DNA of 64,000 nt from IMG/VR virus record IMGVR_UViG_3300036760_000336, positions 1-64,000 of that record; one strand, 5' to 3'. The position numbers and the translations under genes were made by a program. The stretch's first letter is position 1. Each line of letters begins with the position of its first letter. The notes under the pieces are model-generated. The model saw only the letters and a program-made list of their open reading frames with translations. It had not been told where the DNA came from and made no database searches. Positions 53,168 through 62,455 of the stretch are shown here, piece by piece. The stretch comes from an uncultured virus (IMG/VR IMGVR_UViG_3300036760_000336). Lineage: Duplodnaviria > Heunggongvirae > Uroviricota > Caudoviricetes.

Positions 53168-55792
53168 ATGGATACACCTATTATTAAGTTTGAAGATGTA
53201 AAAAAGTTATCTACAGAAGAATATTTTCAGAATAATCAATTTAGTATAGATGCATTCAAAGAGAAATATGCTCTAGTGCCGGACGAGACATACGTATATG
53301 CGGTAAAACGTGTTTGTGATTTCGTTGCTTCGGTTGAAAGGACAGAAGAATTAAGACAGTGTTGGAGTGCCCGTTGGTTTGATGAGATTTACAAAGATTG
53401 GTGGCACCCCGCCGGTTCTATTATGCAAGGTGCGGGGTCGGGAAGAAAGATTTCGCTTGCTAACTGCACAACTATATCTCTTGGAGTAAAACGAGACGAT
53501 GAAGAATGGGATAGTCTCGAAGCAATCATTAAAAATGCCGCTTACACGATTGCAAAATGTGCTGCCTATCGTCAAGGCTTAGGCATAGATTTCTCTTGTC
53601 TCAGGCCAAATGGTACAAAAGTATTAAACTCTGCGAATCAATCTACAGGAGCCGTACACTGGATGGAGTTTGAGGATAAGATCGGTTATTTTGTAGGGCA
53701 AAAGGGGCGGATTCCCGCTATGTTATTTAGTATTTCCTGTGATCACCCCGATGTCGAGGAATTTATTCAAATCAAAAGTGATTATACTAAGATTCAAAAT
53801 GCTAATATCAGCGTACAATGTACTGAAAAGTTCTATAAAGCAGTAGATAATGATGAAGATTGGGAATTGAAATTTGAAATTCCTGCTGTAAAACGTGGAG
53901 ATAAAGTGTATATTGATGTTCATAGTATTGATATGAATAGTACTCGTGAAAAGGACACTGGCCGCTTTTATAAAATCGTCACACATGATCGCAAGCGTGA
54001 GGTATTCACAAAAACAGTTAAAGCTCGCAAATTGATGGAGCTAATTGCCAAAAATATGCACGCTAATGCAGAACCTGGTATTCAAAATATTGACATTGCT
54101 CGAAAATACAGCAATAGTGATGCTCTCTACGATCCCACCAACGAATATGATTCTCGTATTCTATCTACAAATGCCTGTTCAGAACAATATCTATCCCGAG
54201 AATCTTTGTGTGTTTTAGCATCAATTAACTGTGGGAAATTTTCCACAAAACGAGAGATTTACATGGGGCAATTGGAAAAGATTTCCAAATCAATCAACCG
54301 ATTTTTAGATAATGTTAATGAATGTGAATTAGTTCACCAAACTTATGCCACTCCCCATCAAGAATTGGCAATTCGCAAACTTCGTCGAAACGGCTCTGGC
54401 ATAACTAATATCGCCGCATGGTTATTCAAACGAGGAGTCATTTATGGAACCGAAGAAGGCAATAATGCTGTTGAAGAATTCATGAAATGGTATAACTATT
54501 GGTTGTACGTTTCAACAGAGGAACTCGGAAAAGAAAAGGGAAATTTTGGGTTATTTAACAAAGATAAGTGGCAAAATGCTCCTTTCATTGTTCGGATGAT
54601 GAAAGAATCGGAGAAACTCAACGCCGAGTTTAAGACGCCTCTTATCAAAGGAACTCATGCTCGCAATGTTACAGTAAGTTCTATTGCTCCTACGGGCACC
54701 CTGTCTCTAATGTTCCGTGACTTTGTACTAAGTTATGGAATAGAACCTGCCTTTTTTATGTATTTCTGGAAAAGGACTCGTATGAATGGAAATTACGAGT
54801 ACTATTTCTGTGTTCCACGAGTAGTACGTGATATGTTTGTAGAGGCGGGGTGCTCTATACCTATGGAATCTGATTGTATCAAGGATGATTGGAATGGTTC
54901 CAAGGGAAAGGCGATTGCGGCATTTGTTGAAGAACATAGACATAAGTTCAAGTTCAAGGAATCTATTGAAATTGATCCTATGAATAAACTTGAACTTATG
55001 TCTCGGGTGATGAAATGGGTAGATAGTTCGATTTCGGTTACTTATATGCTTCCTATTGGTTCTACATGGAAAGATGTTTATAACTTCATTCTCGAAGCTC
55101 ATAAAAAAGAAGTCAAAAGTATTGCCGCTTTTCCTGACAAAAAAATGTATGGTATTGTGTCAAGTTTTCCATTTAGAGATTTGGCATTTAAACTCAAAGA
55201 TGAGGGGGTTATCATGCACCATCAAAATTTTTCAGATGAAGAATTGAAAGAGTTGAATCTTTCTCGTGAGACTATTCAATCAGGAGCTATGACTCGCCCA
55301 AAGCGTCTCCAGACATTAGATGCCGATATTTATATGGTAAGTGTTAAGGGAGGAAAATATTGTGTGGTGGTAGGACTCCAGAATGATCAACCTTATGAAA
55401 TTTTTGGCGGGCATCTTAACGGTCTGGGGTTGAAATCAAACTATAAAAAAGGAAAAATTACTAAAGTTAAGCGAGGTCAATACGCCCTTGAGTTTGACGA
55501 TATTTTCATTGAGGATTTTTCGAAACAATTCACTCCTACAGAACAAATATTATTTAGGATGGCATCACTTCAAATGAGACATGGTATTCCTATTCGTTTC
55601 ATTGTTGAACAATTACAAAAAGCGACCGATGATATGACAAGTATGGCATCTGCCGCAGCAAGGGTTCTCAAGAAGTATATTGAAGATGGAGAAACAGTAA
55701 GTGGTCAAAAGTGTCCATCATGTAATTCAGATGAATTAACTTATATAGATGGATGTGTTTCTTGCTCCTGTGGATGGTCAAAATGCAATTAG
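53168..55792 (+). CDS. nrdJ: class II (adenosylcobalamin-dependent) ribonucleotide reductase
   Basis: LANC, TNACSEQ (NxCxE), C.LASIN, SIAPTGT, SIS.T, C-terminal RP...RHG.P domain with CPSC...CVSCSCGWSKC ribbon; no beta subunit in window. Confidence 0.85.
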   Translation: MDTPIIKFEDVKKLSTEEYFQNNQFSIDAFKEKYALVPDETYVYAVKRVCDFVASVERTEELRQCWSARWFDEIYKDWWHPAGSIMQGAGSGRKISLANCTTISLGVKRDDEEWDSLEAIIKNAAYTIAKCAAYRQGLGIDFSCLRPNGTKVLNSANQSTGAVHWMEFEDKIGYFVGQKGRIPAMLFSISCDHPDVEEFIQIKSDYTKIQNANISVQCTEKFYKAVDNDEDWELKFEIPAVKRGDKVYIDVHSIDMNSTREKDTGRFYKIVTHDRKREVFTKTVKARKLMELIAKNMHANAEPGIQNIDIARKYSNSDALYDPTNEYDSRILSTNACSEQYLSRESLCVLASINCGKFSTKREIYMGQLEKISKSINRFLDNVNECELVHQTYATPHQELAIRKLRRNGSGITNIAAWLFKRGVIYGTEEGNNAVEEFMKWYNYWLYVSTEELGKEKGNFGLFNKDKWQNAPFIVRMMKESEKLNAEFKTPLIKGTHARNVTVSSIAPTGTLSLMFRDFVLSYGIEPAFFMYFWKRTRMNGNYEYYFCVPRVVRDMFVEAGCSIPMESDCIKDDWNGSKGKAIAAFVEEHRHKFKFKESIEIDPMNKLELMSRVMKWVDSSISVTYMLPIGSTWKDVYNFILEAHKKEVKSIAAFPDKKMYGIVSSFPFRDLAFKLKDEGVIMHHQNFSDEELKELNLSRETIQSGAMTRPKRLQTLDADIYMVSVKGGKYCVVVGLQNDQPYEIFGGHLNGLGLKSNYKKGKITKVKRGQYALEFDDIFIEDFSKQFTPTEQILFRMASLQMRHGIPIRFIVEQLQKATDDMTSMASAAARVLKKYIEDGETVSGQKCPSCNSDELTYIDGCVSCSCGWSKCN

Positions 55793-55816
55793 ATCGGGGT
55801 TTGGAAATAAATAACT

Positions 55817-55825
55817 ATATTTATA
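55817..55825 (+). promoter_or_regulatory. candidate late promoter ATATTTATA
   Basis: 3 nt before ATG 55829. Confidence 0.5.
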
Positions 55826-55828
55826 GGC

Positions 55829-56083
55829 ATGATTAAATCTCTGCTTCTATTTCACATCGACAAACCTATATTTGGCAACGGAACGTTTTTTGGATCTTAT
55901 GGTGTAATAGCCGCCAGTTGGTTTCATTTGATTCCGTCTTTTTTCGGCATCGTAGGAGCAATAACTGGGGGAATAACGGGTATTATAATTCTCACCGCTC
56001 AAATTTACAATAATGGGGGATTCAGGGGGGTATGGTATAAAATAAAACATTTGTGGGAAGGAGATAGTCCCAAATCGTTGTAA
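55829..56083 (+). CDS. small membrane protein (holin-like candidate)
   Basis: Gly-rich hydrophobic segments, basic C-terminus, late-type motif upstream. Confidence 0.5.
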   Translation: MIKSLLLFHIDKPIFGNGTFFGSYGVIAASWFHLIPSFFGIVGAITGGITGIIILTAQIYNNGGFRGVWYKIKHLWEGDSPKSL

Positions 56084-56138
56084 AATGTGAAGAAAATTTC
56101 ATTTGACAAAATAGAGCGGCTTTTCTAGGCGGGGAGAT

Positions 56139-56147
56139 ATATTTATA
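56139..56147 (+). promoter_or_regulatory. candidate late promoter ATATTTATA
   Basis: upstream of ATG 56165. Confidence 0.5.
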
Positions 56148-56164
56148 AGAGGCGATCTATTCAT

Positions 56165-56899
56165 ATGAAACCAGAGACATTTAGACAACTTATCCGAAGA
56201 GTCCTCAACGAGGAAGTTGAAAAAACCAGCGTTACCGGCAAGACTACATTTAACCGTGTGCCAGAAATTGTACATGGTGAGGATTACAAAGAGATCATGC
56301 CTAATAAGCGTGCTGATATGAGCAAGGATAATTTACTCGCTGATATGGACAAAGTAGTTAAGGCAATTGATCCCGAGTACATAGTTGTATGGGACGATCA
56401 CGATGATATTTCAATTTCTGCAAGAGATTTATTCCGTATTCGAATCATTCCTAAATGGGAAGGTAATTTTTGCATTGAAGCAATGACACGCAATGAAGAT
56501 CGCATTTATATCACTGGCCAGACATGGGAACAAGTTAAACAGTTTGTAAAAGTTAATCTAAAAGACTCTAAAACCAAGGTTGATGTGGCTTATGATAAAT
56601 CAAAGAAGAATGTAACGGCTGATGAAACTTCGGCTCCAGACAAAGGGATGCCTCAGAAGGATAAGCCAAATATTTTGCCACTTACTAATGAACCTCCGAA
56701 AGAAACCAAAAACAAAGAGAGAGATTACACCGAAAAACAAGTTAAGAAGGAGAAAGATTTACCAGAAAAACCAATGAAAGAGGTTGAAGATTTCGAGAGA
56801 CAAAAAGAACATAGAGTAATGAGTCCGCTTAAAATTCGTAGAGAAAGAACCAAATATCCGGTCAAAAAGCCGAATACTACTTTAACAGTTAAGTTGTAA
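56165..56899 (+). CDS. hypothetical protein with FRQLIRRVLNEE leader and charged C-terminus
   Basis: 244-aa ORF. Confidence 0.75.
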   Translation: MKPETFRQLIRRVLNEEVEKTSVTGKTTFNRVPEIVHGEDYKEIMPNKRADMSKDNLLADMDKVVKAIDPEYIVVWDDHDDISISARDLFRIRIIPKWEGNFCIEAMTRNEDRIYITGQTWEQVKQFVKVNLKDSKTKVDVAYDKSKKNVTADETSAPDKGMPQKDKPNILPLTNEPPKETKNKERDYTEKQVKKEKDLPEKPMKEVEDFERQKEHRVMSPLKIRRERTKYPVKKPNTTLTVKL

Positions 56900-56921
56900 T
56901 TTGTTTGTTCGATGATTAGGG

Positions 56922-56955
56922 GAAGGGAGGGAGCAAGTCGCTTGCTCCCTTCTTC
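56922..56955 (+). terminator. stem-loop terminator
   Basis: GAAGGGAGGGAGCAAG-tcg-CTTGCTCCCTTCTTC. Confidence 0.7.
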
Positions 56956-56983
56956 ATGTACCGAGATAAAACACCCTTTTTTC

Positions 56984-57011
56984 TTGACATCTAACCGGAA
57001 TATGATATACT
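56984..57011 (+). promoter_or_regulatory. sigma70-type promoter TTGACA-16-TATACT (extended -10 TGn)
   Basis: 7 nt before ATG 57019. Confidence 0.6.
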
Positions 57012-57018
57012 ACCATCA

Positions 57019-57951
57019 ATGAATGAGGTAGAAATTGAGGATGTTCTGCGTACTTGTGTTGCGCTTAAACCCAAGGAATTAATAATCAGTGACTTAAAAT
57101 GGAAGTACCTTGTACGTGCAGTTTTGCGTGCAAAAAATATTATGATTATCGGCCCCTCTGGATGCGCTAAAACAATGGCGGCAAGGTGTGTTGCTACGGC
57201 TTTAAAGCGTCCGTTTGAAAAATTCAATATTGGAAGCACTCAGGATGCTCGTGCAACTCTTATTGGAAATACCACCTACAAAAAAGAAACGGGTACTATA
57301 TTTCACAAGTCGGCTTTTGTTAAGGCAATAAGCACTCCTAAAACAGTCGTTCTTTTAGATGAATTCACCCGTGGCACTCACGATGCCTGGAATATTTTAA
57401 TGACCGTGACAGATCCTACTCAACGATGCTTGCGGTTAGATGAGGATGAGGAAAGTTCTGTTATCAATGTGGCCGAAGATGTTAGTTTTATTGCCACAGC
57501 GAATATTGGAAATGAATATACAGCCACCAAAGTTCTTGACAAAGCAAGTGCAAGACGTTTTCCCATAAAACTGGAAATGTCTCCTCTCAAGGGGAAAGAA
57601 TTGAGGCATTTATTTAGCATTTTGTTTCCAAAACGAACTGTTGCCCAAGAAGAATTGATGAAAACTCTCACGAAGATTTCTGATGATTTGATTGCCCAAT
57701 GTAAAATCGAGGATGCCTCAATTTCTACTTTTATTGCTCCCGCAAATATGGTAGAGATGGGAGAATTAGTTATGGATGGATTTGGCCTTGAAGAAATTGC
57801 CGAAGCTGCTATTTATCCGGAATACCCCGATGATGGTGGGGCCGATTCTGAACGGACATTTACTAAAAGTGTGCTTCAAAAGTACTTCCCAAGTGACGCC
57901 AAGAGTCCAATCAACGATCCTCTGGCGGGGAAGCGAGTCGAAGAGTTCTAA
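57019..57951 (+). CDS. MoxR-family (CbbQ/NirQ/CobS-like) AAA+ ATPase
   Basis: GPSGCAKT Walker A, VLLDEF.R Walker B, FIATAN.G..Y, LDKA..RRF. Confidence 0.88.
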   Translation: MNEVEIEDVLRTCVALKPKELIISDLKWKYLVRAVLRAKNIMIIGPSGCAKTMAARCVATALKRPFEKFNIGSTQDARATLIGNTTYKKETGTIFHKSAFVKAISTPKTVVLLDEFTRGTHDAWNILMTVTDPTQRCLRLDEDEESSVINVAEDVSFIATANIGNEYTATKVLDKASARRFPIKLEMSPLKGKELRHLFSILFPKRTVAQEELMKTLTKISDDLIAQCKIEDASISTFIAPANMVEMGELVMDGFGLEEIAEAAIYPEYPDDGGADSERTFTKSVLQKYFPSDAKSPINDPLAGKRVEEF

Positions 57952-58265
57952 TGAAAAAAGTTATAGTAAAATGTTTGGGTAAAACGGATGAGTTTAAAAT
58001 TGATCCGAAGGTTTTCGATGACATTTATTATGAAGCTGCTATTCGCTTTCTTAAAAAAGGAAAGGATCAAGCGTCATTTAGAGTTTCTGCTGTAATAGAG
58101 TGTTTTGATAAAAATTTTTTGAAAATTGACAGAAAACATTTTTATTATAACACATATCACGTACTAATTGGTGCTGGAATGTGTGGAAAAGCTGAAATGC
58201 TTCGTAGTAAATTTCTCAAGGAATTTGGAATCGATCTTCAAAAAGAAAAATTGAGAGATAAATAA
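57951..58265 (+). CDS. hypothetical protein
   Basis: TAATG coupling on both sides. Confidence 0.65.
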   Translation: MKKVIVKCLGKTDEFKIDPKVFDDIYYEAAIRFLKKGKDQASFRVSAVIECFDKNFLKIDRKHFYYNTYHVLIGAGMCGKAEMLRSKFLKEFGIDLQKEKLRDK

Positions 58266-58936
58266 TGTTTTCATACTACGGAAGGAAGTCTAAGGTTGTT
58301 AGGTATTATCCCAGTTCGTTGTATAATACTATAATAGAACCATTTGCTGGCACCGCTGTTTATAGTTTATTTCGTGACAACTGGAAGAAAAATGTAGTAT
58401 TGATTGACAAATATAATGTGGTAGTAAGAATATGGAAATATCTACAATCTGCTACACCCGATGATATTCTAAAACTTCCAGATGTTAATAATGGGGAAGA
58501 ACTTGTAAAAGTAAACGGCTTTAGCCAACTATTACAGGAAGAGAAGTGGTTAATAGGATTTTCGGTTAATAACGGAAGTGGAATGCCGAAAAATGTTGCG
58601 GGCAGAATGAATTTCAATTCATGGTTTCGGGATAAAAAAAGAATTGCCAGAGATTTGTATAAGATAAAACATTGGCAAATAAAATGTGATGATTATACGA
58701 ATGTGGAAAATGTAATAGCAACCTGGTTTATAGATCCGCCATATCAGTTTGGTGGGGAATATTATAAGCATAGAGATATTGATTATAACACTTTATCAGA
58801 ATGGTGTAAATCAAGAAAAGGACAAGTAATAGTTTGTGAAAATTCCAAGGCAAATTGGTTGCCGTTTGTTCCACTAAAAAAGATGAGTGGACAGTTGCAT
58901 ATAACGACCGAAGCAATGTACTATCAGGAAACTTAA
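58265..58936 (+). CDS. D12-class (alpha) N6-adenine DNA methyltransferase-like protein
   Basis: FSYYG.KSK, IEPFAG, FIDPPY. Confidence 0.8.
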   Translation: MFSYYGRKSKVVRYYPSSLYNTIIEPFAGTAVYSLFRDNWKKNVVLIDKYNVVVRIWKYLQSATPDDILKLPDVNNGEELVKVNGFSQLLQEEKWLIGFSVNNGSGMPKNVAGRMNFNSWFRDKKRIARDLYKIKHWQIKCDDYTNVENVIATWFIDPPYQFGGEYYKHRDIDYNTLSEWCKSRKGQVIVCENSKANWLPFVPLKKMSGQLHITTEAMYYQET

Positions 58937-58937
58937 A

Positions 58938-59240
58938 ATGTATAGAAGTAGAAGAGTGGAAAATTTTCCTCATAATTCCTTTTATATGGAAATAGAAGAG
59001 GGTGTTAGGCAATGGGTATATTTATTGAGAAATGTGGGAATAAATACTGAGTGTTCCTGTCATCACAAAGGTTATATTCAATGTCAAACATTAGATCCAA
59101 CAACCGAAATTTTTAGAATAAAAAGTGTACTTTTGGAAAATGGAATAGAAGATTTTGATATATCTATTATTCATAAAGGAACTAAGTGTAGTTCTTTGGA
59201 AATTCATTCTCCATCTTTTGTGAAAAATTGTAATGTATAG
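58938..59240 (+). CDS. hypothetical protein
   Basis: V..L...GI.T..SC.H motif. Confidence 0.6.
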   Translation: MYRSRRVENFPHNSFYMEIEEGVRQWVYLLRNVGINTECSCHHKGYIQCQTLDPTTEIFRIKSVLLENGIEDFDISIIHKGTKCSSLEIHSPSFVKNCNV

Positions 59241-61542
59241 AGGAAAAGTTATATCACCTGCCGAAGTTGATTTCTGGCTGGATTTTGATAAGTATGTAAA
59301 TTACTTTTCAAGCACTTCGGGAAATGTAAATGATGTCGGTATTTTCACTATTGACATGGTACGTCTATCCTCTATCCGGAAAGCGGTTTCCAATTTTGTT
59401 CGTATTTTAACTCGCAGCCCCATTCCTGTCTATTTTAATGATGTCGAGGCTAATTTCAATCTCGGAGGTAAAGTCATTTATATTTCTGCGACAATTAACT
59501 CCAAGCAGGATTTTGATGTCGCCGTGGGTCAAGCTCTTCATGAAGGCGCACACACGGTTAAGACTAACTTTGATGTTGTTAAAAATGCCTGGGCAAATAT
59601 CCCATCTAAAATTCTCAAATTATCTGACTCAAAAAATATTCGCCGGGCATCTTTGGAAAAGTTTATTCATAATATATGGAATGTCATTGAAGATAGATAT
59701 ATTGATAATTACGTATTCAATGAAGCCCCGGGTTATCGTGGATATTATGTTGCTTTGTACAATAGGTTTTGGAATAATCCCGAAGTTGATGAACTATTGC
59801 TCAGTGATAAATTTCGATATCCAAGCCTGGATTCTTACAGTTTTCGTATCACCAACTTTACTAATGTGAATACAGATCTTCTTGCTTTGCCTCGTCTTTC
59901 GGATATTGCTTATACTATTGACATTTCTCATATTGACCGTTTGAAGAAAACCAAGGATAGAATTGAAAAAGCATTTGAAGTAACGGAAATTGCATTGGAT
60001 TGTTTAGATGGGACTCCTCAATGTTTTGGTCTTAGTTTATTAGGTAAAAAAGTAGTAATAAAACAATCAAAAGATAATCTTGCCGATCCCAGAGATTATT
60101 TCGATTTTGATGACGAATCTGACAAAAAATCAAAAGGCGAAGATAAAAAGGATAAGGAAAAAAAGAATAGTGATAGCGAAAAAGAAGATGTTGATGTCGG
60201 AAAAAAGATGGTTGATGAAATTTCTGATGTTTTGACTGGGAAGGATCAAGAACCCGAGAAACTGAAAGAAAATAGTGATGTGGTAAATAGGATTTCCGAG
60301 GAAGATAATATTGAGAGAGAAGTTAAAAAGAAGATTAAGGATGTTGTCGAGTCTCAGCGTCAATTCCTGGCAGGAGAAATTCCTAAGACTATTGTGACAG
60401 AACAACAGAAATCTCTACTTGATTTGGTAGAAAAGCATGGTATTGTCATTGTACAAGTTGATGTTCCCAATATTTTATCGGGCGATGATAAAAATCTTAA
60501 GGTAGATTGTATTGTGGTTCAGAAAATGACCAAAGAACTTGTTTTTTCGGGTCGGGAAGTATTCCCGCTATCAAGTGTTATGAAGATCGGGGATCAAATT
60601 CCCAAACCAGAGAAAGAAATGGTGGAAGCGGTAAGAAAAGGAGTACAACTTGGCATTAAACTTGGTCGAAAATTGCAAATTCGTGCCGAGGTTCATCCTA
60701 TCAAAATAGTCCGCAAGAAATGGGGGAAAATTAACAAGCGTCAAATACACGAAGCAGCGTTTGATGCTGAGGATTTATTCTATAAAATTAAAATTGACGA
60801 TCATCATCGTGCCAATTTGCATATTACCGTGGATGCTAGTAGCTCTATGACCGGAAACAAGTGGCTAAGAACAATGACAGCCGTTGTCGCCATTTGTAAA
60901 GCTGCTTCGATGATCGATAATGTTCACATCACAGTGTCATTCAGATCCACACAAGCATCGGGAATAATGGCATTGCCTTATATCGTGTTTGCTTACGACT
61001 CAAAAAAGGATAAATTCTCTAAAATTCGTACTCTATTTCCATATCTATTGCCGAATGGGTGTACTCCAGAAGGATTAGCATTCGGTGCAATTATGAATTT
61101 GTTTGAAGGAATCACACCAGACGAAGAAGATCGCTACTTTCTCAATTTATCGGATGGAGAACCGTATTATTTATTGAGCGTTCCCAACTCTGGTCTTGCT
61201 CTTTCATATTCAGGAGAAGTAGGGGCAACCCATACAAAGGCACAAGTAGATAAGATCCGTCGCCACGGAGTTGAAATATTGAGTTATTTTATTGAAGAGG
61301 ACTATAGCTGGCGATTTCAGACAGCAGCGGGGCAAAATCTAAAAAAGAAGCCCGAAGAAATGACTAAAGAAGAACTTGAGGAAGAGAAACGATTACAGCT
61401 AGAGAAAGAACAAAGTCCTCTTCGTAAAAACTTCCGAAGGATGTATGGACCTTCGGCAAAATTTATTGAAGTTAATGATATCGTTCCTTTAGCAAAAACA
61501 ATGAATGATTTATTTTTGAGTAAAAACAGAAATTGTTCTTGA
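59233..61542 (+). CDS. VWA-domain protein with N-terminal HExxH metallopeptidase-like domain (CobT-like MoxR partner)
   Basis: ALHEGAH, N.IED.YI, acidic linker, MIDAS DASSSM...TPEG...NLSDGEP. Confidence 0.82.
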   Translation: MYRGKVISPAEVDFWLDFDKYVNYFSSTSGNVNDVGIFTIDMVRLSSIRKAVSNFVRILTRSPIPVYFNDVEANFNLGGKVIYISATINSKQDFDVAVGQALHEGAHTVKTNFDVVKNAWANIPSKILKLSDSKNIRRASLEKFIHNIWNVIEDRYIDNYVFNEAPGYRGYYVALYNRFWNNPEVDELLLSDKFRYPSLDSYSFRITNFTNVNTDLLALPRLSDIAYTIDISHIDRLKKTKDRIEKAFEVTEIALDCLDGTPQCFGLSLLGKKVVIKQSKDNLADPRDYFDFDDESDKKSKGEDKKDKEKKNSDSEKEDVDVGKKMVDEISDVLTGKDQEPEKLKENSDVVNRISEEDNIEREVKKKIKDVVESQRQFLAGEIPKTIVTEQQKSLLDLVEKHGIVIVQVDVPNILSGDDKNLKVDCIVVQKMTKELVFSGREVFPLSSVMKIGDQIPKPEKEMVEAVRKGVQLGIKLGRKLQIRAEVHPIKIVRKKWGKINKRQIHEAAFDAEDLFYKIKIDDHHRANLHITVDASSSMTGNKWLRTMTAVVAICKAASMIDNVHITVSFRSTQASGIMALPYIVFAYDSKKDKFSKIRTLFPYLLPNGCTPEGLAFGAIMNLFEGITPDEEDRYFLNLSDGEPYYLLSVPNSGLALSYSGEVGATHTKAQVDKIRRHGVEILSYFIEEDYSWRFQTAAGQNLKKKPEEMTKEELEEEKRLQLEKEQSPLRKNFRRMYGPSAKFIEVNDIVPLAKTMNDLFLSKNRNCS

Positions 61543-61567
61543 CATTTCATACATTTTCGGGTATGAT
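61539..61567 (+). promoter_or_regulatory. sigma70-type promoter TTGACA-17-TATGAT
   Basis: upstream of 61590; near-duplicate of 61787-61815. Confidence 0.7.
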
Positions 61568-61589
61568 AAAACGCCATTAAGGAATAAAT

Positions 61590-61790
61590 ATGAGAATAGA
61601 TGTAGTTTCAGAATACAATGATCACTATGTTCGAGCAATATTCAAATTTGAGAAGACCATCGTTGATAGTGGATTATTAAATGAGAAAGATTGTTTAGTA
61701 TTAGCAGAACATCTTAGAATGGGTGCTGATAGTCTTGAACATTATTCAAGAGTTATTGCTGATACTAAAAAACAAAAAGAAAGTTCTTGA
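61590..61790 (+). CDS. hypothetical protein
   Basis: AAGGA SD, own promoter. Confidence 0.65.
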   Translation: MRIDVVSEYNDHYVRAIFKFEKTIVDSGLLNEKDCLVLAEHLRMGADSLEHYSRVIADTKKQKESS

Positions 61791-61818
61791 CATTTTATAC
61801 ATTTTGAGGTATTATAAT
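61787..61818 (+). promoter_or_regulatory. sigma70-type promoter TTGACA-17-TATTAT(AAT)
   Basis: upstream of 61865. Confidence 0.7.
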
Positions 61819-61864
61819 GTCCTACTAAGGAGTGTGTAAGCAAACACTGATCTAGTTAAATTTT

Positions 61865-62242
61865 ATGAAGAAAAATACACGAAAAAACAAAACAAATCAA
61901 ACATTAAATATGCCCAAGAAGGCATATTATACATTGAAAGAGTTATTTGCCATTAACAAACATTTCAATGCAGAAATCACAGTTAGGGTTCGACATACCA
62001 ATGTTATTGAAGATGGCAGGGTTGCCGAAATTGGCGCAGTTCCTGGAGGAAAAGGTCGCCCTCAGAAGGTATATGCCTTGACTCCCGTTACCAAAACTTT
62101 GCTTGAAAAGGTCAGAGCAGACGGTATTAGTCTTGTTGATAATGCTGAAAAACTAATCAATATTATTAACGTGGCTCCAAATACATCACCAACAACTCCG
62201 GTTGTTTCACTCGTAGGATCAAAATCAGTTGCAACGAGTTAA
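61865..62242 (+). CDS. hypothetical protein, possible winged-helix DNA-binding protein
   Basis: T..EL...ITVR......G.V...GKGRPQKVY wing-like motif. Confidence 0.55.
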   Translation: MKKNTRKNKTNQTLNMPKKAYYTLKELFAINKHFNAEITVRVRHTNVIEDGRVAEIGAVPGGKGRPQKVYALTPVTKTLLEKVRADGISLVDNAEKLINIINVAPNTSPTTPVVSLVGSKSVATS

Positions 62243-62269
62243 TAGAACGAATGCTGTATATCCGATTAT

Positions 62270-62455
62270 ATGACCAAAGATAAAAGGATGGTAAAGGTCA
62301 AGCCGAAAAGATATCGGATATATGGCATTTTTAATTTTAAGACGAGAAAACTGGTATATGTTAGCCTGAGTCTGGATTTAGTAGAATTCGAATTTGGGCT
62401 TGGTGAATATGGGGAAAATTGTGGTACAGTTTCGACTGACATTATCTTATATTAG
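62270..62455 (+). CDS. hypothetical protein
   Basis: 61-aa ORF. Confidence 0.5.
   Translation: MTKDKRMVKVKPKRYRIYGIFNFKTRKLVYVSLSLDLVEFEFGLGEYGENCGTVSTDIILY

Noticed and set aside
44301..55792. Inteins or introns in RecA, helicase or RNR
   Set aside because: Lengths are ordinary, frames are continuous and no intein splice-junction or LAGLIDADG motifs are visible.
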